Source: a bacterium
GTDB taxonomy: Bacteria > Patescibacteriota > UBA1384 > 2-12-FULL-50-11
NCBI GenBank assembly: GCA_021463485.1
Contig: JAJTYJ010000001.1
Coordinates: forward strand, 65,378 to 129,377
DNA: 64,000 bases
Direction: 5' to 3'
Shown: piece by piece, positions 37,696-46,995 of the stretch
How the letters are laid out: each line of letters begins with the position of its first letter
Position numbering within the stretch: the stretch's first letter is position 1
Translations under genes and position numbers: made by a program
Notes under the pieces: generated by a model
Databases searched by the model: none
The model's input: only the letters and a program-made list of their open reading frames with translations
Told to the model about the DNA's origin: nothing

Positions 37696-38346
37696 TCAAT
37701 CTTTCTTGAACTCTTCCTCGGCTTTTAAGAATTGAGTCGCGACTGAGCCGACTACTGTTCCGATCGTACCGATTCCGATAATCATCAGCATCATGGCAAC
37801 GATCCGTCCGGCTGTAGTGACCGGGTATATATCGCCATATCCGATAGTAGTGACCGTTACCATCGCCCACCAAAAGCTATCGAAAAGATTGTGAATATTT
37901 TGATTAACACCGAATTCGTAACTGTGAAAAGCAACTGCTCCCATGAAAACGAGCGTAAAGACGGTCAGAATAATCGAAAGTAACTGGAACTTCGGACCGT
38001 CTAAATAAAAATCAGCCACCCTGCGCATTCTAGCCATCAAGCGAATAATTCGTAAGACCCTTAACAATCTAAGGCTTCGTAGAACCTGCGTCGTTGTGTT
38101 TGTAATTGGTATGGAGGCCAGGAGTTCGTACCAGCGTTTACGGAAAAATAAAGCCTTGTTTTTAGCCTTCACAAAGCCATAAATAAAGTCGGCCAGAAAA
38201 ATTAGCGCAATTCCTAAATCCAGCCTGCTGATTAACGTGCTCGTCGATGCAGTTACGTCATGATTTATTTCGAAAACCAACAGTCCCGTTGAAAGGATTG
38301 CCAGGATTACTAACCCAAAATCCAAGAAGATCTCGCTCTTTTTCAT
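37696..38346 (-). CDS. Voltage-gated potassium-channel-like ion transport protein
   Basis: TIGYGDIYP selectivity filter (TxGYGD), S4-like RSLRLLRVLRIIRLMARMRR arginine repeat, pore helix and S6. Confidence 0.8.
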   Translation of the reverse strand: MKKSEIFLDFGLVILAILSTGLLVFEINHDVTASTSTLISRLDLGIALIFLADFIYGFVKAKNKALFFRKRWYELLASIPITNTTTQVLRSLRLLRVLRIIRLMARMRRVADFYLDGPKFQLLSIILTVFTLVFMGAVAFHSYEFGVNQNIHNLFDSFWWAMVTVTTIGYGDIYPVTTAGRIVAMMLMIIGIGTIGTVVGSVATQFLKAEEEFKKD

Positions 38347-39236
38347 TAAATTAGTTTATCAATGAGTGCTATTGCCCCATGTGCAGCGATGTTACCTGCG
38401 GCATTAATCAGTATCTCTCTTGTGGCTTTGAGTAGCTTCCCTATCTTTGAACTTTTTGGATCTGTCTTCACAGTCTTTTCTAGCTCCTGAAGATTCGAGT
38501 CTAGTTCACGCTTTTTATTTTCCGGGAGCTCTATATCGGGCGCAAACTTTCTTATTTGTTCTACTAGGCCCAAGACCTTTTCCGCTGAAATATTGGCGAC
38601 GAATGTTGAGTTAGTGTTTGTAGCATTACCGATCGTGCCAGAAAAATTCTCAATATTATTAATTGTGTATTGTACTTGCGGGGAGCTAGCCTTCTCCTTA
38701 TCTTCTTCAGTAAAATCTAAGTCGTGGCCGACAATCCCCATGTCCTCAAGTTTTAAACTCCAGCTAAGCACAGCGTTCCTGACACCATCAATAATCCCTT
38801 TAAGCTCACTATGTTGTGTAAAGAAATTTATTTCCGTTTCAAAATCAATTGCTTTCGCGATTGTGTTTCGTGCTTCCGGTCCCAAAGGAAGGTAATACGA
38901 GCCATCAACCTTTCCCTCTTTTACTAAATTCTCAACTTCTCCAATCGGCTGAATTACACCCTTTTTTGATACGAGTTCATGGACCTTCTTGTCTTCAATT
39001 ATTATAGTCTGCCACCCTCGAACAGGATTAAGCGCCCTTAACTGCCCGGAAACTATTCGATAAGCCGGTAAATCTTTCTCGGTGGAATCGTAGCCATTTA
39101 ACTCACTCTCGATCCAGGCAAGCATATCATCAAGCTTCAGCTTACTGGCGATGACTTTTGCTTTGAGAAGTAAATTAGTTACCGAAACAGTTGGGGTTAG
39201 TACGTCTCGTTGTAATTCTTTTACTATTGCGCCCAT
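38346..39236 (-). CDS. Hypothetical protein, possibly AbiTii-like abortive-infection N-terminal domain
   Basis: 296 aa; N-terminal LLLKAKVIASKLKLDDMLAWIESELNGY resembles the AbiTii family signature as recalled from memory (not checked against a database); stop overlaps the K-channel start (ATGA). Confidence 0.35.
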   Translation of the reverse strand: MGAIVKELQRDVLTPTVSVTNLLLKAKVIASKLKLDDMLAWIESELNGYDSTEKDLPAYRIVSGQLRALNPVRGWQTIIIEDKKVHELVSKKGVIQPIGEVENLVKEGKVDGSYYLPLGPEARNTIAKAIDFETEINFFTQHSELKGIIDGVRNAVLSWSLKLEDMGIVGHDLDFTEEDKEKASSPQVQYTINNIENFSGTIGNATNTNSTFVANISAEKVLGLVEQIRKFAPDIELPENKKRELDSNLQELEKTVKTDPKSSKIGKLLKATREILINAAGNIAAHGAIALIDKLI

Positions 39237-39247
39237 TCGATCTCTTT

Positions 39248-40378
39248 TTAGCTCGAGAAAATATCGACGTACTTTTTGTAGATATACGTTCGATCATAGG
39301 TTTCGTTTTCATCTTTCGGCTGGAGAATACCAAGCGCAATGAAGCGATCAATAACTTTCTGCGCTCCTGCCCGAGTGTAGCCAGTCCAGTCCATAATGAT
39401 TTTGGTCGAAACGATTGGCTGCGCATAGAGTTTACGTAGTACCAAGACACCGCTTTCCGACTCGCGCTTAGCGAGTGCCTGAATTTTAAGCATATCGTCT
39501 TCGCGAAGTTTAGTAATTTCTTTAGAAATCCGAATGGATTCGTTGGCTGTTTCCATGACACCCTCAAGGAAAAAGTCGAGCCAGCTCCACACCTCTCCGT
39601 CATGGTAGCCGTTAAGCCTATTGTAATAGAGTTTTTGGTGTTTTTTGAAAAACGTCGACAAGAAAAGCACCGGCCGCTCAAGTAGGCCGTGATGGCAGAG
39701 TAGCATCGTAATCAGCAGGCGTCCTGTCCGACCATTACCGTCGAGGAATGGGTGGATAGTTTCAAACTGAGCGTGCATTAAGGCTGCATGAATGAGAGGT
39801 AGGGTTTGATTCTCAACATGAAGAAAAGTTTCGAATTCGCTGAGCGATCGCTCCATTTCCAAAATCGGTGGTGGGACAAAGAAAGCGTTGGCCGGAGAAG
39901 TCCCACCAATCCAGTTTTGAGTCTTACGAAACTCACCTGGATCAGCAAAGTGGGTAGCTCGCGCCCCGGTCATCAGCTCTTTGTGAATTTCTTTAATCAG
40001 CCGTAACGACATCGGAAAATTCTTTAGTCGTTCGGTTCCATACTCCAACGCTTTGATGTAGTACAAAATATCACCAGCGTCAGTCTCTTGAGTCGCCACA
40101 CCGCCTTCCTTCTCAATTGCATCAACAATGGTTGCCTTTGTTCCCTCAATCTGTGAAGAAGAAGTGGCATCCTTTAAGACAAACATTTTCAAGAAAAAGT
40201 CGACATCTGGCAAAGTGTGGGTGATGCCATCGAGTTTTCCTACCAAACGGCCAGCCTCCGCGGTTTTTATCTGAATTTCTGAGGGCAAATCAAAGATACC
40301 TTCCGGCGGAAAAGCATTCGGAACGAAAGCTTCGTAGCCTTGCGACTGAAGGATGTTCTTTCCAATTTCGATATTCAT
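39248..40378 (-). CDS. Fic family protein (AMPylase/phosphocholine transferase fold) with C-terminal wHTH
   Basis: IHPFLDGNGRTGRLL matches the canonical Fic motif HPFx[DE]GNGR. Confidence 0.85.
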   Translation of the reverse strand: MNIEIGKNILQSQGYEAFVPNAFPPEGIFDLPSEIQIKTAEAGRLVGKLDGITHTLPDVDFFLKMFVLKDATSSSQIEGTKATIVDAIEKEGGVATQETDAGDILYYIKALEYGTERLKNFPMSLRLIKEIHKELMTGARATHFADPGEFRKTQNWIGGTSPANAFFVPPPILEMERSLSEFETFLHVENQTLPLIHAALMHAQFETIHPFLDGNGRTGRLLITMLLCHHGLLERPVLFLSTFFKKHQKLYYNRLNGYHDGEVWSWLDFFLEGVMETANESIRISKEITKLREDDMLKIQALAKRESESGVLVLRKLYAQPIVSTKIIMDWTGYTRAGAQKVIDRFIALGILQPKDENETYDRTYIYKKYVDIFSS

Positions 40379-40497
40379 TTAGTTAGTTTGCATACCCTTA
40401 AGCTATATATACTATCTTAAGACTTAGTATACTTCTTGTCAAGCCATGCATACTAACTTTTTTGTCAATATAGTGCCGGCAATATGCAGAAATACTC

Positions 40498-41145
40498 CTA
40501 CGGAACGTAGTATAGAGAGCTTGAGCCTTTGGCAGTATTCAAATCTTCGAGCGAGAAAGCTATCTTTCCGATTTTTCCGTTGGCTTCGGTAATAACCTGA
40601 ATCATTTTAAACGGTTTGATCTCGTCGATATTCTGCCAATACGTCACCGTTCGGCCTTGGATTCCGGGGTTTCCTTCGGGTGTTGCCTTGGGCTTACTGA
40701 ATCCGGTAATTGCCCAGGCGGTAGTCTCGTCAAGCGGGTTAGCCGAAAAAGAATACCCGGCGTAGATCGGCTTGTTATTGGCAACGCTGAAATCAACTTG
40801 AACATTCGCCTGATTCAAATCAAAGCCGGTAATTTTTACTTTCTTGGACGGCGTTAAACTTCCTTGGCTAAAGTCTTTAGCAATAGCCGCGTAATCCGCT
40901 CTGATCTGCGTTTCGGTTTTGCCGAACAGCTCAACAGCCGAAACCGTTTGAACGCTCTGTGGAGTCGGAGCGGTTTGATTAACTGCGGCAGTAGAAAAAT
41001 CCTCAGTCGGAGCTTGAGTATCGCCACCGGCAAACAAGCCGATCAATATAAAGAACCCGACAATAGCGAGAGCAGTAAATAATATTTTCTTGCCTTTCGA
41101 CATCAGCGCTTTATTTGTGTTTATCAATATAGGTCCTCTAGCCAT
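40498..41145 (-). CDS. Hypothetical membrane-anchored protein
   Basis: N-terminal TM; 215 aa. Confidence 0.4.
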   Translation of the reverse strand: MARGPILINTNKALMSKGKKILFTALAIVGFFILIGLFAGGDTQAPTEDFSTAAVNQTAPTPQSVQTVSAVELFGKTETQIRADYAAIAKDFSQGSLTPSKKVKITGFDLNQANVQVDFSVANNKPIYAGYSFSANPLDETTAWAITGFSKPKATPEGNPGIQGRTVTYWQNIDEIKPFKMIQVITEANGKIGKIAFSLEDLNTAKGSSSLYYVP

Positions 41146-41280
41146 ACCTTAATTATACAGATTAATGTCTCGTCGCGATTTTTTGAACTCCTTCCAAGTT
41201 TATCTATTGGAGCACTAGGCGTCGTGACCTAACTGATTTACTTACTAGGCGTTTTCCCTGTTTTTAGATAACCTGAATAT

Positions 41281-43548
41281 ATGGAGCGGCTTGAATCCTC
41301 ACATTTTGGCGACCCTATTACTGCCGAGCTCTCGGAAGCACAACCGCTGGAACTGCCTGAAGAAGCGTTCGCTGAAACCGCGGTAGCCCAGCCGGAACAG
41401 CAACCCGAGCTGCCGACGGAACACCAATCCCCCGAACAAGCCTACCAAATGCTCCGCCGGGGCGGCGGTGACAAGGAAATTCTGGCTCGTTTCGAGCCGG
41501 ACCAGCAGAAGGATATCGAAGATAAGCAGAAAATTCTTTCATCGCTTGCCTATTTTATCGGCAAAGACTTCAAAATCCCGGTCAAACTGAACGAACCCGG
41601 CGCCGGATGGCACTGGGATTTCAAAGACAACATTATCAGGGTCGATCCGAAAGACCTGCTGGAAAAACCCATGGATTACCTGCGTTTCGTCATCTCGCAC
41701 GAAGGCGGCCATCGACGGATTTCCCGAACCGAGTTCATTCCGATGGACGTTTGGGCTCAACCAGGCTTCTCGATCATGATGAACTCGATCGAAGATCCGC
41801 GAATCAACAACTTCGTCGCCGAAAACTATCCGAAGTTCCGCGAGCAAATGCAGATGGCTTACCAGATGGAACTTGATCTCGAGAAAACAATGAAGGAGAA
41901 AGCGACCGAAGAACTCGGCCACCAACCGCGCTTCATTCAGGCAAGTTTTGAATACATCAAGCAGTGGCTGAAAGAGCAGAACGGGGGCTTCGGTGAAGTC
42001 AGCGAAGATCTGCCGGACGAGGTGAAAGAAGTCATCGCCAAAACGTTGCCTTCGGCTCAAGATTCCTGGTGGCGTTACCCCTCACGAAAAGAAGCCGACA
42101 GCAGCGAGAAAACTATCAGCAAGTACGCCCAAACGTCGTACGAGATAAATCGCGACGAAGTTTGGCCGGAATTCAAAAAACTCGTCGATCAGGACATTGA
42201 AGACGAGAAAATGGAACAGAAGATGCGGGACATGCAAAAGCAATCCGGCGAAGGCGGCGAGGGTGGAGAGCCCGGAGAAGGACAGCCGGACTTGCCGCAG
42301 GAACTCAAAGATCGGATGACGCCGGAGCAGCAACAGGAACTCCGAGACGCGCTTCAGCAAGCGATGGACAAAGCCCGCGAGCAGCAAGAGCAGCAACGGA
42401 GCCAGCAAACTGAAGGTGGAGCCCAAGAGAACGAACAGCAGGAACAAACGACTGCACCCGTCGATTTGGATTCGCTCAGCGAAGAAACCAAGCAAGCCGT
42501 TCGCGATTACATCGAAAGTCTGCCCGAAGAAGTCAAAGAAGAATTGGCCGAACGGGCTCGTCAGGCGCTTAAAGAATTCGAAGAAGCGGTCAACGAGGAA
42601 CTTCGCGGCAAACTAGTGCAAGAACCCGGCGAAGAAACCAAAGATAAAGCCAGAGGCGAGACACGGCGTTCCGACCGAACCGGTCGGGATGTTCCACCGG
42701 AGTACAAAGAGGAAATCGAAAGATATAAGGAATTGGTCGAGGGAACGCTCGAAAAAGACGCCAATGTTTACGAAGAAAAGCGCCGGGAAGTGTTGGAGAC
42801 GATCAACAAACTCGAAGATGACCTGCGGGCGATTTTCGTCGAGCGTCGGGCTCACATGTGGGAGGGCGGTCATCGCTCCGGCAAGCACATCGACATCAAA
42901 CGAAGAATCCAGGAAAAAGCCAAAGACATACCGGCCATGGAAAGCCGAGCTTGGGAACGTAGAGAAATGCCGCAAGAAAAAGATTACGCTTTTAGCCTGC
43001 TGGTCGACCTGTCCGGCTCAATGACGAGCGGCAACAAAATCGGCGAAACCTTCAAGGGCGCGATCGTTTTGTCGGAAGTGCTCAATCGCCTTTCGATCGA
43101 CAACGAGATTCTCGGCTTCAACGACCGTCTTCATGTTTTGAAGAGCTACGAAGAAGCGATGTCCGACGAAATCCGCGAGCGGATGGGCGGCATGCTCTCC
43201 GAAGTCAACTCGCCTCGAGCCCGCTACAACGACGACGGTTGGGCGCTCGAACAAGCTTCCGAGCGACTGGCCAAACAAAAAGCGGCGGAAAAGTTCTTGA
43301 TCCCGATGTCCGACGGTCAGCCGGAAGAGTCGCCGCAACACTCGAAAAAAGAGTGGGATCTGGAAAACGTCGTCGCCAAGATTCAAGAAGAGACCGATCA
43401 GAAGCTAATCGCTCTCGGTATTGGTCGCGGAACCGAACACGTCGCCCATTACTACCCCAACAGCCTGGCGAACGTCGACGTTAACGAAATGGCTGACAAA
43501 TTAGCCGACTTACTCAGGGAAGCGATTGAAAGATATGACCAGTTCTGA
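41281..43548 (+). CDS. vWA-domain protein with N-terminal HExxH zincin-like domain and E/Q-rich linker
   Basis: VISHEGGHRRISR (HExxH); C-terminal DLSGSMTSG MIDAS motif (DxSxS). Confidence 0.7.
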   Translation: MERLESSHFGDPITAELSEAQPLELPEEAFAETAVAQPEQQPELPTEHQSPEQAYQMLRRGGGDKEILARFEPDQQKDIEDKQKILSSLAYFIGKDFKIPVKLNEPGAGWHWDFKDNIIRVDPKDLLEKPMDYLRFVISHEGGHRRISRTEFIPMDVWAQPGFSIMMNSIEDPRINNFVAENYPKFREQMQMAYQMELDLEKTMKEKATEELGHQPRFIQASFEYIKQWLKEQNGGFGEVSEDLPDEVKEVIAKTLPSAQDSWWRYPSRKEADSSEKTISKYAQTSYEINRDEVWPEFKKLVDQDIEDEKMEQKMRDMQKQSGEGGEGGEPGEGQPDLPQELKDRMTPEQQQELRDALQQAMDKAREQQEQQRSQQTEGGAQENEQQEQTTAPVDLDSLSEETKQAVRDYIESLPEEVKEELAERARQALKEFEEAVNEELRGKLVQEPGEETKDKARGETRRSDRTGRDVPPEYKEEIERYKELVEGTLEKDANVYEEKRREVLETINKLEDDLRAIFVERRAHMWEGGHRSGKHIDIKRRIQEKAKDIPAMESRAWERREMPQEKDYAFSLLVDLSGSMTSGNKIGETFKGAIVLSEVLNRLSIDNEILGFNDRLHVLKSYEEAMSDEIRERMGGMLSEVNSPRARYNDDGWALEQASERLAKQKAAEKFLIPMSDGQPEESPQHSKKEWDLENVVAKIQEETDQKLIALGIGRGTEHVAHYYPNSLANVDVNEMADKLADLLREAIERYDQF

Positions 43549-43990
43549 CTTAATTAAAGATATGGCAATTGATGAGCAATCCTTTAACGAATTCATTGAG
43601 ATCTCCGGTTTTTCCAAGGAAGTGCCGCTGATCATTGCCGAAGACGAAGACGAGCTTCATCAATATCGCGCCCAGCTGCAAAAGGCCGGTTATGAAGAAC
43701 AAGAATCGGTTTATCACCTCGTTCAGGCTTCCCACAAAGGTTCGAAGAATTACCTGGTACTCGACGGTCACCATCCGTTCACTTTAAAGCAGGCCTACGA
43801 CTTCGTTGTTCAGTACCCGACCGGCCAAATTGAAGTTTCCGACCAGGTGACGATGCAGAAAGCGATTTTCTCGCCCAATTATAAAGAAAACCGAACCGTT
43901 CTGTTGGTAACCAAGCGAGAGCTGGCCGAAATCCAGAAAACCGGTTTAACGTTCTTGTCCCGAGTCGGGGCAACCTATCAACATGCCTGA
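43526..43990 (+). CDS. Hypothetical protein (possible vWA-MoxR-associated protein; DGHH motif)
   Basis: 154 aa ORF overlapping both neighbours (operon-coupled); contains YLVLDGHHPFTL. Confidence 0.4.
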   Translation: MKDMTSSDLIKDMAIDEQSFNEFIEISGFSKEVPLIIAEDEDELHQYRAQLQKAGYEEQESVYHLVQASHKGSKNYLVLDGHHPFTLKQAYDFVVQYPTGQIEVSDQVTMQKAIFSPNYKENRTVLLVTKRELAEIQKTGLTFLSRVGATYQHA

Positions 43991-46082
43991 ACCAGGATCA
44001 CCGGAACACCAGCCAGACATGGAGGCGGAGGCGCAAGCCGAAGTCGTCGCTCCCGACGTTGAAACCGAACAACCGGCCGGCCCGATCGCCGAAACGGAGA
44101 ACAGCGTTTCCTATCTCGGCGTGGAGCTGAAAAAAGCCGAAGCGGAAAAGAGCCAATTCGTGCCGGATCGAGAACACTATAAAGATTACATTAACGACCA
44201 ATTCTCGCTCGAGCTTCAGCAGAAGCTGGCCGTCAGTTTTCTCCAAGGCGAGCCGATGCTCTTGGAAGGCGGCACCAGTATCGGTAAGACGACGACCGTT
44301 CGAAAGATGGCTTCCGAACTCAATTGGGAAGTCCACTACGTCAACTTAAACGGCGCCAGCGACGTTGAAGACTTGATGGGCCGTTACATCCCCAACCCTC
44401 ACCGCCAGATGATCGGGGATCCCGAATACATCTTCGCCGACGGCAAAGTCACGTCCGGCTTGCGCCTGGAAGAGGGCAAGCAGAAAGTCGTCATTCTTGA
44501 TGAGCTGAACGCCGCCCCGCCGAACATTTTAATTCGTCTCCACGAAGTACTCGACGCCTTGGAGCGGGGCACTGAAGTGGTCTTGTCGGAAGACGCGTCC
44601 GAGGCCGTCAGGGTTAATCGCGAGCAGACCAAAGTCGTCGGACTGATGAACCCGCCGGGCAAAGGTTATTTTGCTCGTGAACCGCTCGACCCGGCTCAGC
44701 TTCGTCGCTGGAACTATCAGAAAGAGGCCTCGACACTGCCTGACGAGACGTTCGCGCACGCTACCGACGTTCTCTTCGGCTTGGCTACGGAAATGGATCC
44801 TAACGCCGTACCGCAAGAATCCTATTTAACGACTCGCGATCAGCGGCTAATGCCCGAGCAGTTGGCCGAGATCCCCGGCATTCAAGAAGTGCTCGGCAAA
44901 TACAAAGAATTTCATAAAGCGGCCAAAGAAATGGTCAATAATCGCACGGTTGCCGCCGATCAGCCGCAGCGCTTTACCTACGACGATCGCATGGAGCCGA
45001 GAAGGGTCAAAGAATTCGTTCAACAGTTCTACAACGGCGACATTAATGAAACTTTCCAAAAAGCTCTTCAGTATTACTACTCGAATAAAGTTGAGAGCAA
45101 ACAAGATAAACAAAAACTCGACGAGCTGATCAAACACGTCGCCTACGTACCGCAAGAGGCGACGCAACGTCGCGGTGCCGAACGTGAAGCGCCCGACGGT
45201 GCGGCAGCAACCGCCGCGCCGGACACCCGTATTCCGGAAACAATTACGCCGCTCTCTGGAGAGCTGCTTGAACAAGTCACGGAGGCGCAGAGAATTCTCG
45301 GTGCCGAAAACGTTGTCTCGCCGGACAAAGTTCGGGAAATCCTGGGCCTTAAGATTGATCTTGAGAAAGTTCCGGCCATTCCGTTCTCCAAAGAAGAACT
45401 CGAGCGAGCCAAGGAACTCGGCCAGTTTCTCGTTTATCGCCACGACAGAGATGATCGTGCACGCCACTTGACGATGGAACGACTTCAGGAACTCCTGCAA
45501 CCGAAGTTCGATAAAGAAGACGACGGCAAAGTTCTCTACGATACCAGTTGGTACAAGAACGAAGACTTCTTCACGAAAGAAGCGATGCGTTCAGGCTGGG
45601 CGTTGACCAGCCGAGAAGTCATTCCGGATTCGACCAGCAAGAACTATCTCCAGCAGACTGGTGAAATAGCGACCTATCTCGGCACGAAAGTCATGAAAGA
45701 AATCGCCGATCCGAAATTACGCGCTGAATACGGCGAAGCGATCAAAGAATACGAAGTTAAACGAGTAGCAATTGAGAAAATTATTGACTCAGACTGGAAA
45801 GAAGCCGCCAAACAATTGGAAGAACTGAAGCTTAATAAGCTCTTCCGCCAAACGCTGGTCGAAGCGATGTACGATACCGCCATGTACCTCGAGAACCGAC
45901 CGAAAAGCGAACGAGACGACGCTCGTTTGTTGGAAGACATGTACGGCTGGACCAATCGGCGTTCGTCCGATGGCCACCTGGTGTATGCCGGTGCATTCCA
46001 CGCCTACGGCCTGCACGTGGACGACGATCGCCCGGGCCGCGCGCCTTCCGATGTCGGTGTCGTCCTCTCCCGCAATCGCTAG
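43983..46082 (+). CDS. MoxR/AAA_5-type AAA+ ATPase with C-terminal lectin-like DGR target domain
   Basis: GGTSIGKTT Walker A, VVILDELN Walker B, MNPP sensor; C-terminal 40 aa encoded by the DGR variable repeat. Confidence 0.75.
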   Translation: MPEPGSPEHQPDMEAEAQAEVVAPDVETEQPAGPIAETENSVSYLGVELKKAEAEKSQFVPDREHYKDYINDQFSLELQQKLAVSFLQGEPMLLEGGTSIGKTTTVRKMASELNWEVHYVNLNGASDVEDLMGRYIPNPHRQMIGDPEYIFADGKVTSGLRLEEGKQKVVILDELNAAPPNILIRLHEVLDALERGTEVVLSEDASEAVRVNREQTKVVGLMNPPGKGYFAREPLDPAQLRRWNYQKEASTLPDETFAHATDVLFGLATEMDPNAVPQESYLTTRDQRLMPEQLAEIPGIQEVLGKYKEFHKAAKEMVNNRTVAADQPQRFTYDDRMEPRRVKEFVQQFYNGDINETFQKALQYYYSNKVESKQDKQKLDELIKHVAYVPQEATQRRGAEREAPDGAAATAAPDTRIPETITPLSGELLEQVTEAQRILGAENVVSPDKVREILGLKIDLEKVPAIPFSKEELERAKELGQFLVYRHDRDDRARHLTMERLQELLQPKFDKEDDGKVLYDTSWYKNEDFFTKEAMRSGWALTSREVIPDSTSKNYLQQTGEIATYLGTKVMKEIADPKLRAEYGEAIKEYEVKRVAIEKIIDSDWKEAAKQLEELKLNKLFRQTLVEAMYDTAMYLENRPKSERDDARLLEDMYGWTNRRSSDGHLVYAGAFHAYGLHVDDDRPGRAPSDVGVVLSRNR
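45959..46079 (+). repeat. DGR variable repeat (VR) at the 3' end of the target gene
   Basis: About 120 nt that align with the template repeat at 46376-46497; nearly all mismatches lie where the template repeat has A. Confidence 0.8.
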
Positions 46083-46375
46083 TCTCGGACCTTGGCTCTT
46101 GGGCCCTTGGATTTATCGGCCGCCGGCGAAGCCGGCTCGCGCGAATTTTTGTAAATCAGCCCTCCCCCTCTTTAATTCCTTTGTAACATATGCTAAAATT
46201 CACCTGCCAATGAGGCTGCGTTCACGGACTCAGCCCGGCCGAATAGTAAGAAGATTGCTTGCGTTTTACTGGCGCGGGTGGCAAAACTTTTGCCTGCCGC
46301 CGCATTGTTATACGGGCACGGTCTCTATTTCTTAGTGCATCGGTGCCGCTGACTGAATTGGGAAAACGCAAAGGA

Positions 46376-46497
46376 GCGTTCGTCCAATGGCAACCTGGTG
46401 TATGCCGGTGAATTCAACGCCAACGGCCTGAACGTGGACAACGATAACCCGGACAACACGAATTCCGATATCGGTGTCGTCTTCTCCCGAAATCTCA
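46376..46497 (+). repeat. DGR template repeat (TR)
   Basis: Intergenic A-rich copy of the VR; encodes NPDNTNSDIGVV, a lectin-type consensus; lies between the target gene and avd/RT. Confidence 0.8.
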
Positions 46498-46553
46498 CGC
46501 TATTCACAAAGCTTAGTCTCAGCTCACCGGCTGAGATTTCGCTTAACGTTCGG

Positions 46554-46934
46554 TTAATTATTAGCGTTTAAGCTCTGAACGGATTTAATCCAACCGCCGA
46601 GCATTCGACCGATTTCCTGCAAAATTTCTTGTAAGTGGATATAAGCTTTCCGGTCGACAGCGCGAAGATCGTAAGCCAACCGAATGAAGACCTTAACCGT
46701 TTCGAGCTGAAGACTGGCGTTCTTGAGGTGATTCTCTTTGTCGCTGCCGGAAGTTTCACAAGCGGCGAGCAGGCATTTGAGTAGGTCCAGAGTTTCGTCC
46801 TGAAGGGTTTGGCCGGTCGCATAGCGTTCAATCTTGGGAAAACGCTGAACTTGTAGGTGCAGAAGTCTGTAAAAATCATAAGTTTTCTGGGTAATCGGCA
46901 CGCCGCCCAGCAATTGTTGAGAAAGAATTTCCAT
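46554..46934 (-). CDS. avd: DGR accessory variability determinant (Avd; four-helix-bundle family)
   Basis: About 127 aa from Met 46934; FPKIERYATGQTL...LQEILQEIGRMLGGWIKS matches the Avd/23S-IVS four-helix-bundle pattern. Confidence 0.65.
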   Translation of the reverse strand: MEILSQQLLGGVPITQKTYDFYRLLHLQVQRFPKIERYATGQTLQDETLDLLKCLLAACETSGSDKENHLKNASLQLETVKVFIRLAYDLRAVDRKAYIHLQEILQEIGRMLGGWIKSVQSLNANN

Positions 46935-46995
46935 TAAGAAACTATTACTACACGAAGGAAGCTTTGACCAGGTTGTCTCAGTCGACAACCTCTTT

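Noticed and set aside
39175-39681. 168-aa minus-strand ORF overlapping the AbiTii-like/Fic junction
   Set aside because: Out-of-frame overlap with two better-supported genes
42200-42700. E/Q-rich repetitive DNA that could be mistaken for a tandem repeat or CRISPR-like array
   Set aside because: Imperfect codon-level low complexity within a coding region; no regular repeat-spacer structure
41539-42975. Several antisense ORFs (173, 137, 120 aa) inside the vWA gene
   Set aside because: They fall in the GAA/CAG-rich low-complexity linker, which creates long open frames on the opposite strand
44847-45500. 217-aa antisense ORF inside the MoxR gene
   Set aside because: Shadow ORF; Walker motifs are on the plus strand
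46083-46375. Possible small ORF or ncRNA between VR and TR
   Set aside because: Best explained as DGR spacer containing the post-VR hairpin; no ORF with coding signal
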